Shown piece after piece: positions 57,614 to 64,000 of a DNA stretch of 64,000 nucleotides. How positions within the stretch are numbered: the first letter of the stretch is position 1; each line of letters begins with the position of its first letter. This DNA comes from Marivivens sp. (GTDB lineage Bacteria > Pseudomonadota > Alphaproteobacteria > Rhodobacterales > Rhodobacteraceae), in NCBI GenBank assembly GCA_017643845.1, contig JAEPMR010000008.1, positions 8,811 to 72,810 on the forward strand, in the 5' to 3' direction. Position numbers and translations under genes: made by a program. The notes beneath the pieces are model-generated. The model was not told the DNA's origin and searched no databases. It was given only the letters and a program-made list of their open reading frames with translations.

Positions 57614-58585
57614 TCACGTGAATGCGGCAGCGGCGAAAAACAGCAAGGGGATCAGGCCTGCGTTCCGGTTCGAGCGAAACAGTTTGAGGAGGCGGGGGTG
57701 ATCAACCGGATCGAACCGGCTGAGCTGCCACATGAGATGCCAACCCATCGCCCAGGCACCGCCGATGGCAAGTACGAGAGAAAGGACGCTCCGGTCGATG
57801 GTGGCAAGCAGCGCTGACGCACCGAGCAGCGTTACGGTTCCGATCAGAAAGCGGCGCAGCCAGCGTGGGGCGTCGTTCCCGAACAGGCGGGCAGTGGATT
57901 TGATACCGATCAGCGCGTCGTCTTCGACATCCTGAAACGCGTAGATCGTATCGTAGAACAGCGTCCAGATGATGCCGGCGGCGTAAAGCAGAAGGGACTC
58001 CCATGCAAAGCGCCCCGATTGCGCGGCCCAGACCAGAAGCGCGCCCCAATTGAAGGCCAGCCCAAGGAAGATTTGCGGCCAGTAGGTGAATCGTTTGGCG
58101 AAGGGGTAGATCGCCACCGGAACCAGGGACAAAATACCAAGGAGGATCGCCACAGGGGGAAAGGTCAGGAGAACCAGGAACGCGACGAGGCATTGCGCGA
58201 CCATCCAGACCACGGCACCCCGTACTGTGACCTGACCGGACGGGATCGGCCGTGATCGGGTGCGGGCAACGGCACCGTCGAAATTGCGGTCGGTTATGTC
58301 GTTCCACGTGCAACCGGCGCCGCGCATCAGGAATGCGCCGATGCCGCATCCGAGCGCAATCCAAATCTCGTAGATGCCGAAGCGTCCTGTTTGCAGAGAG
58401 GACAGGGCAAGTGCCCACCAGCACGGAATGAGAAGGAGCCAGGTGCCAATCGGACGGTCCGCGCGGCTCAGGCGCAGATAGGAGCGCGTGACGGGGGGTG
58501 CATACCGGTCGACCCAGTTGCCTTGAACGGCATCCGCGACGGAATCGGGCGACGAAGTCTCTGGCGCTTGGCTCTTCTCGGTCAT
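57614..58585 (-). CDS. ubiA: 4-hydroxybenzoate polyprenyltransferase
   Basis: RADRPIG, GCTWNDITD, RTRSRPIPSG, YDTIYA..D..DD. Confidence 0.95.
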   Translation of the reverse strand: MTEKSQAPETSSPDSVADAVQGNWVDRYAPPVTRSYLRLSRADRPIGTWLLLIPCWWALALSSLQTGRFGIYEIWIALGCGIGAFLMRGAGCTWNDITDRNFDGAVARTRSRPIPSGQVTVRGAVVWMVAQCLVAFLVLLTFPPVAILLGILSLVPVAIYPFAKRFTYWPQIFLGLAFNWGALLVWAAQSGRFAWESLLLYAAGIIWTLFYDTIYAFQDVEDDALIGIKSTARLFGNDAPRWLRRFLIGTVTLLGASALLATIDRSVLSLVLAIGGAWAMGWHLMWQLSRFDPVDHPRLLKLFRSNRNAGLIPLLFFAAAAFT

Positions 58586-58597
58586 ATGGTCCGGCTC

Positions 58598-59317
58598 ATG
58601 GCATCCAAGGTTCGGCTCTATGTAGATCAGCCTTTGGGGGAAGGGCAAACGGTTCCCCTCGCGAAGGAACAGGCACATTACCTTTTCGGGGTGATGCGCC
58701 TGCAAACCGGCGCGGTGATTTCATTGTTCAATGGACGCGATGGCGAATGGGACGGCGAGGTGATCGAGGCCGGAAAGCGGGGGGGCGTGCTGGCCTGCCG
58801 TGAACAGAGCCGACCGCTGCAAATGCCGCCGGATCTCTGGCTGCTCTTTGCGCCGATCAAGAAAGCGCGCACGGATTTCATTGTGGAGAAAGCGGCGGAG
58901 ATGGGCGCGGCGCGGATTGTTCCTGTGCTGACCGATTTTACCAATTCGGAGCGGGTGCGGGTAGATCGGCTGCAGGCGCATGCGATTGAGGCCGCAGAGC
59001 AATGCGGCGGCACTTATGTGCCGGAAGTTGGCGAGCCGGTGAAGCTGGAGCGGCTTCTGGCAGACTGGCCGGAAGATCGGCAGATGATGTTTTGCGACGA
59101 GGCCCTTGTGGGCGCGGGCGAAGTGCTCCGGGGCGCGATGGCAGGTAAATGGGCGATCCTGATCGGACCGGAAGGTGGATTTTCCGAGGCCGAGCGCGCC
59201 CGGCTTGGGAAGCTGCCATTTGCGCATGCGGTCAGCTTGGGGCCGCGCATCCTGCGGGCTGACACGGCAGCGGTGGCCGCCATGACAGTCTGGCAGCAAG
59301 TGCTGGGAGATTGGTGA
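58598..59317 (+). CDS. rsmE: 16S rRNA m3U1498 methyltransferase
   Basis: HYLFGVMR, EKAAEMG, EAAEQC, IGPEGG, LGPRILRADTA. Confidence 0.95.
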   Translation: MASKVRLYVDQPLGEGQTVPLAKEQAHYLFGVMRLQTGAVISLFNGRDGEWDGEVIEAGKRGGVLACREQSRPLQMPPDLWLLFAPIKKARTDFIVEKAAEMGAARIVPVLTDFTNSERVRVDRLQAHAIEAAEQCGGTYVPEVGEPVKLERLLADWPEDRQMMFCDEALVGAGEVLRGAMAGKWAILIGPEGGFSEAERARLGKLPFAHAVSLGPRILRADTAAVAAMTVWQQVLGDW

Positions 59318-59832
59318 TGGCAAGGTTCATCCGACCCGAAGCGCGCGCCGCGCTTTGGAGATGGCGGGAGGTTCTCGCGGCGCTGCTGTTGGCAGTGGTG
59401 GGCCTGTGGTGGGGGCTGACCAGTTTCGGGCTTTTGATGTGGCTGGGATGGGCAATGTGCGGAGGTGGTGCTGTGCTCGCGTTTATCGGGGTGCAGCGTG
59501 TGCGGTTCGCCCGCAGTGGCGGGATCGGTGTGGTCACGGTGGACGAACGGCGTGTTGCCTACTTTGGACCGTTGACCGGTGGTGTTGTGGATTTGGATGA
59601 TCTTGCGCGTCTGGAAATCGAGCCGGAGGCTTATCCAGCGCCGCATTGGATCCTGACGGGACAGGATGGCACACGGGTCGAGATCCCAGTGGATGCTAAT
59701 GGATCGGATGTATTGTTCGATGCGTTTGCCGCCTTGCCCGGGCTTCGAACTGGTGTGATCGTCGATGTGCTTTCCCGCACACCGGCTGCGCGGACGGTGC
59801 TTTGGGCGCGGGAAATGCGGCAGCTCCATTGA
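59317..59832 (+). CDS. Hypothetical membrane protein (2 TM plus soluble beta domain)
   Basis: TGATG coupling to rsmE; hydrophobic N-terminus. Confidence 0.72.
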   Translation: MARFIRPEARAALWRWREVLAALLLAVVGLWWGLTSFGLLMWLGWAMCGGGAVLAFIGVQRVRFARSGGIGVVTVDERRVAYFGPLTGGVVDLDDLARLEIEPEAYPAPHWILTGQDGTRVEIPVDANGSDVLFDAFAALPGLRTGVIVDVLSRTPAARTVLWAREMRQLH

Positions 59833-59893
59833 CTTTGCCACCCGCCCGCGCCACCTGTGGCCTCTGACGAGACCCAGAAACGGAAATCACCCC

Positions 59894-61264
59894 ATGTCCA
59901 TTCCCCAGTCCGGCGGCGGCCCGATCGAGCGGCACGAGCAGCTTGCAGAGTTTCTGGCAGAGGGGTGCAAACCGAGGGACCAGTGGCGGATCGGCACGGA
60001 GCACGAGAAATTCGGCTATTGCAAGGATACGCTGCGTCCGTTGCCTTATGAGGGCGAACGGTCGGTTCTGGCTGTGCTTTCCGCTCTGAGGGATCGCTTT
60101 GATTGGTCGCCGGTCGAAGAGGCGGGCAACCTGATCGGCCTAAAAAAGGACGGTGCCAACGTGAGTTTGGAACCGGGCGGCCAGCTGGAGCTTTCGGGTG
60201 CGCCGCTGGAAAGCATTCATCAGACCTGCGACGAGGTGAACGAACACCTGAGGGAAGTGAAATCCGTAGCCGACGAGATCGGCGTGGGGTTCATAGGATT
60301 GGGCGCGGCGCCGGAATGGCAGCATGAGGACATGCCGATGATGCCCAAGGGGCGCTACCGGCTGATGACCGATTATATGGGCCGTGTAGGCACCCACGGA
60401 AAACAGATGATGTACCGGACCTGCACTGTGCAGGTGAACCTCGATTTCGGGTCGGAAGCAGATATGGTGCAGAAACTGCGCGTCGCGCTGGCCCTCCAGC
60501 CGGTGGCGACCGCGCTGTTTGCGAATTCGCCGTTTTTCGAGGGCAAGCCGAACGGCCACAAGAGCTGGCGCAGCCGGATTTGGCGCAGCCTCGATGATGC
60601 GCGCACGGGTATGCTGCCGTGGGTATTCGACGAGGGCATGGGCTTTGAGCGCTGGGCGGAGTGGGCGCTCGATGTGCCGATGTATTTTGTCTATCGCGAT
60701 GGAAAATACATCAATGCTCTGGGGCAGTCCTTCCGTGATTTCCTGAAAGGCGAATTGCCCGCGCTGCCTGGCGAGAAGCCGACGCTGAGCGATTGGGCCG
60801 ATCATCTGACAACTGTTTTTCCCGAAGCACGGATCAAGCAATTCATCGAGATGCGTGGCGCGGACGGTGGCCCGTGGCGGCGGCTTTGTGCCCTGCCGGC
60901 TTTTTGGGTCGGGCTGACCTATGATCAGGGCGCTCTGGATGCGGCGTGGGATTTGGTCAAGGACTGGGATGCCGAGACCCGCGAGGCGCTGCGCGTGGCT
61001 GCATCGGAGCAGGGATTGCAGGCCGAGGTGAACGGGCTGAAAATGCACGATCTGGCGCGTCAGGCTGTGGAGATCGCCGAAAGCGGGCTGAAAGCGCGCG
61101 CCGTTCCGGGTGCGGGTGGTCTTGTTGCGGATGAGACCCATTTCCTCAACGCGCTGAAAGAAAGCGTTGAGTCAGGTAAAGTGCCAGCGGACGAGCTGCT
61201 CGATGCCTACCACGGTGCGTGGAATGGTGATCTGAAAAAAATCTACAAAGAGTTCAGCTACTAA
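59894..61264 (+). CDS. gshA: Glutamate-cysteine ligase (plant/alphaproteobacterial type)
   Basis: IGTEHEKF, SLEPGGQLELSG, MPKGRY, QVNLDF, IEMRGADGGP. Confidence 0.95.
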   Translation: MSIPQSGGGPIERHEQLAEFLAEGCKPRDQWRIGTEHEKFGYCKDTLRPLPYEGERSVLAVLSALRDRFDWSPVEEAGNLIGLKKDGANVSLEPGGQLELSGAPLESIHQTCDEVNEHLREVKSVADEIGVGFIGLGAAPEWQHEDMPMMPKGRYRLMTDYMGRVGTHGKQMMYRTCTVQVNLDFGSEADMVQKLRVALALQPVATALFANSPFFEGKPNGHKSWRSRIWRSLDDARTGMLPWVFDEGMGFERWAEWALDVPMYFVYRDGKYINALGQSFRDFLKGELPALPGEKPTLSDWADHLTTVFPEARIKQFIEMRGADGGPWRRLCALPAFWVGLTYDQGALDAAWDLVKDWDAETREALRVAASEQGLQAEVNGLKMHDLARQAVEIAESGLKARAVPGAGGLVADETHFLNALKESVESGKVPADELLDAYHGAWNGDLKKIYKEFSY

Positions 61265-61267
61265 AGC

Positions 61268-61876
61268 TTAACCTTTTTGCCCGATCTTGGTCTCGGTCCC
61301 TGCGCGCAGGCGGCTGATATTGGCAGAATGGCGCCAGAGGATCAGGGCGGCGAGTAGCGCTATGACGATGACGAGCGTGACGTAGCCGAAGATCAGGGCC
61401 CAGATCGGGCTGGCAACCGCAGCGATCAGGGCTGCCAGTGACGAGAAGCGGAACAGGGCGGCTGTGACCAGCCATGTGGCACAGGCCGCAACGCCGACGG
61501 GCCATGCGATCGCGAGCAGGATGCCAAGGAAGGTTGCGACGCCTTTGCCACCTTTGAATGCGAGCCAGACGGGGAAGCAATGCCCGACGAAGGCTGTGAG
61601 AGCGGCCAGTTGCATGGCGTCCTCCGACGCAAATGCACTGGCGAGGAAAACGGCGGCTGCACCCTTTCCGCCGTCGAGGAGCAGGGTCAGGAAGGCAGCG
61701 GTCTTGTTCCCGGTGCGCAGGACATTGGTCGCACCGATATTGCCCGATCCGATTTGACGCAAATCTCCCAGATTCATGATGCGAGAAAGGATCAGCCCGA
61801 AGGGGACGGAGCCGAGGCCATAGCCAATGAGCGCCCAAATCATGAGTTGGGGCAGGGCGGTGGTGATCTCTGGCAT
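61268..61876 (-). CDS. plsY: Glycerol-3-phosphate acyltransferase
   Basis: GSGNIGATNV, GHCFP, FKGGKGVAT, RHSANI. Confidence 0.96.
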   Translation of the reverse strand: MPEITTALPQLMIWALIGYGLGSVPFGLILSRIMNLGDLRQIGSGNIGATNVLRTGNKTAAFLTLLLDGGKGAAAVFLASAFASEDAMQLAALTAFVGHCFPVWLAFKGGKGVATFLGILLAIAWPVGVAACATWLVTAALFRFSSLAALIAAVASPIWALIFGYVTLVIVIALLAALILWRHSANISRLRAGTETKIGQKG

Positions 61877-63156
61877 CAGGTCTCTCCGAAAACGCGGGCA
61901 CCTTTGACCCAAGTTCCGACTACTTTGCCCTGCATTCTGGCGCCGTCAAAGGGGGTATTTTTCGACTTCGACCGCAACGCGGCCCGATCGAGGATGAAAG
62001 GCGCATCGGGATCGAAGAGGATGAGATCTGCCGGGGCGCCTTCCAGAAGACGTCCGCTGGGGAGGCCGAGGCGGCGAGCGGGATTGAGCGACAGTGCGCG
62101 GAATAGTTCCGGCAAAGTAAGCTGGCCCTCGTGATAGAGCCGCAGTGCGGCGGGCAGAAGCGTCTCGAGACCGACCGCGCCGCTTGCGGCCTCCTCGAAG
62201 GGGAGGCGCTTGCTTTCTTCGTCCTGTGGGGTGTGCATCGAGCAAAGAATATCAATCAGACCGGAGCGCAGGGCGTCAATCACGGCGAGGCGGTCATCCT
62301 CGGAACGCAGCGGAGGGGTCAATTTGAAGAAGGTGCGGTAATCGGCGACGTCAAATTCATTGAGTGTAAGGTGGTGGATCGAGACGCCCGCAGTGATGTC
62401 GAGCCCGTTGCGTTTGGCCCGTTCCAGTGCTGGTAGCGCGCGTGCGGTGGTGAGCTGATCGACGTGATATTTCGCGCCCGTCATTTCCAGAAGCGAAATG
62501 TCGCGGTCCAGCCCCATTCGCTCGGCCATAGGGGACACATCAGGCAGGCCGCGCAGTGAGGCGAATTTTCCCTTTGTGGCGACGGCGCCCTCGGACAGTT
62601 GCGGTTCTTGCACGTGGCCTATGACCAACGCGTCGAGCGAGCGGGCATAGGTGAGCGCACGGGAGAGCACTTTTGTCTTGCTGACAACGCGGAGGCCGTC
62701 GGAAAAGGCCACAGCGCCTGCGTCTTGCAGGAAGCCGATTTCGGTCATCTCGTTGCCTTCGCGGCCCTTGGTGAGCGCGGCCATCGGAAGCACGTTCACG
62801 GCGCTGTCCTCTGCCGCGCGGCGGGCGACGAATTCGAGTGTTTCGGGGGTGTCGATCACCGGGAGGGTGTCGGCACGGGTGACGATCGTGGTGACGCCAC
62901 CAGCTGCTGCGGCAAGGCCCGCAGAATGGAAGCTTTCCTTGTGGCGCTCGCCCGGTTCCGAGACCTTTACCCCGATGTCGATGATGCCCGGCGCAAGGCA
63001 TTTGCCGCCACAGTCAATCACTGTGCCTTTGGTTTCCGGCGGGGTGCCGTCACCCGAGGCGGCGATGCTGCCATCTTTCACATGAAGCCAGCCGGATACA
63101 TCGGAAATGGCGACGGGGTCGATCAGGCGTGCGTTGGTGAACAGGATCTCGGTCAT
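61876..63156 (-). CDS. pyrC: Dihydroorotase-like protein (probably inactive PyrC' subunit)
   Basis: Amidohydrolase fold next to pyrB; DIGVK replaces DxHxH, SMHTP replaces DHAP. Confidence 0.9.
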   Translation of the reverse strand: MTEILFTNARLIDPVAISDVSGWLHVKDGSIAASGDGTPPETKGTVIDCGGKCLAPGIIDIGVKVSEPGERHKESFHSAGLAAAAGGVTTIVTRADTLPVIDTPETLEFVARRAAEDSAVNVLPMAALTKGREGNEMTEIGFLQDAGAVAFSDGLRVVSKTKVLSRALTYARSLDALVIGHVQEPQLSEGAVATKGKFASLRGLPDVSPMAERMGLDRDISLLEMTGAKYHVDQLTTARALPALERAKRNGLDITAGVSIHHLTLNEFDVADYRTFFKLTPPLRSEDDRLAVIDALRSGLIDILCSMHTPQDEESKRLPFEEAASGAVGLETLLPAALRLYHEGQLTLPELFRALSLNPARRLGLPSGRLLEGAPADLILFDPDAPFILDRAALRSKSKNTPFDGARMQGKVVGTWVKGARVFGET

Positions 63157-64000
63157 ACCATCGTGCCTTTGTCTTTTTGCAGCTCGGCGCCGCGACGGGC
63201 GCGGAGGTTGCGGGCAAGGAGGTCCATCGCTGCCATGCGGACGGCGACGCCCATCTCAACCTGCGTCTGGATGACCGAGCGGTTGATATCGTCGGCGATA
63301 GTGCCGTCGATTTCGACTCCGCGATTCATCGGACCGGGATGCATGACGATGGCGTCATCCTTGGCAAAGGCCAGTTTCTCGGCATCAAGCCCGTAGCGGT
63401 GGTAATATTCGCGCTCTGAAGGGACGAAGCCACCGTCCATCCGCTCTTTTTGCAGGCGGAGCATCATGACCACATCGACGTCGCGCAGGCCTTCTTGCAT
63501 GTCGTGGAACACCTCGACGCCGAACTCTGATACGCCTGCGGGCATCAGGGTCGGTGGCGCGATGAGGCGCACGCGGTTTTCCATTTTGCCAAGGAGCATG
63601 ATGTTGGAGCGGGCGACGCGACTGTGCAGAATGTCGCCGCAGATGGCGACAGAGAGCCGATGCAGGCGGCCCTTGGCGCGGCGGATGGTGAGTGCGTCGA
63701 GCAGCGCTTGCGTGGGGTGTTCGTGGCGTCCGTCACCGGCATTCAGCACTGCGCAGTTGACCTTTTGCGAGAGCAGGTCGACCGCGCCGGAATTGGGGTG
63801 GCGCACGACGAGGAGATCAGGGTGCATCGCGTTGAGCGTCAGGGCTGTGTCGATCAGGGTCTCGCCCTTTTTGATCGAGCTGGCCTGCATCGCCATATTC
63901 ATCACATCGGCGCCAAGGCGCTTGCCTGCCAGTTCGAAACTCGCCTGTGTGCGGGTCGAGTTTTCGAAGAACATATTGATCTGGGTGAGACCTGCGAGCA
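63153..64000 (-). CDS. pyrB: Aspartate carbamoyltransferase catalytic subunit (5' end outside the window)
   Basis: [30 protein letters not shown]. Confidence 0.96.
   Translation of the reverse strand, partial: LAGLTQINMFFENSTRTQASFELAGKRLGADVMNMAMQASSIKKGETLIDTALTLNAMHPDLLVVRHPNSGAVDLLSQKVNCAVLNAGDGRHEHPTQALLDALTIRRAKGRLHRLSVAICGDILHSRVARSNIMLLGKMENRVRLIAPPTLMPAGVSEFGVEVFHDMQEGLRDVDVVMMLRLQKERMDGGFVPSEREYYHRYGLDAEKLAFAKDDAIVMHPGPMNRGVEIDGTIADDINRSVIQTQVEMGVAVRMAAMDLLARNLRARRGAELQKDKGTMV

Noticed and set aside
1-64000. tRNA, rRNA, IS, prophage or defence systems
   Set aside because: No recognisable signatures, and nearly all sequence is explained by core genes

Overview
64 kb of core chromosome from a GC-rich alphaproteobacterium. 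Gene content and order point to Rhodobacteraceae (Roseobacter group); this is inferred, not searched. About 58 densely packed CDS. Left: tag, a degenerate EAL protein, phaAB, ispB/ispE, ETF-QO, greA. Centre: a lower-GC block with fmt, two def paralogues and patB. Middle-right: a split cobalamin cluster (small His protein-cbiX-cobHLIJM; DUF1636-cobC-cobD; riboswitch-cbtBA; cobW-GNAT-cobN-cidA/lrgB-cobO) interrupted by mltB and smc. Right: dapA, slt, a Crp/DUF2892 module, split mnmC, tsaC, OmpA/BON, ubiA, rsmE, gshA, plsY and pyrC'/pyrB. I saw no rRNA, tRNA, CRISPR, transposase or prophage. The best unexplained signals are non-coding. (1) A strand-independent C-rich to G-rich skew inversion with a GC trough near 11-21 kb and no oriC markers. 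(2) Two inverted copies of an ~85-bp element made of phased 11-bp ATGCAC units, placed almost symmetrically around that zone. (3) A ~135-nt structured leader ahead of the cbiX-cob operon that is not a canonical B12 riboswitch. Several enzymes look catalytically dead (EAL, second Def, PyrC). All family calls come from motif recognition, not database searches.
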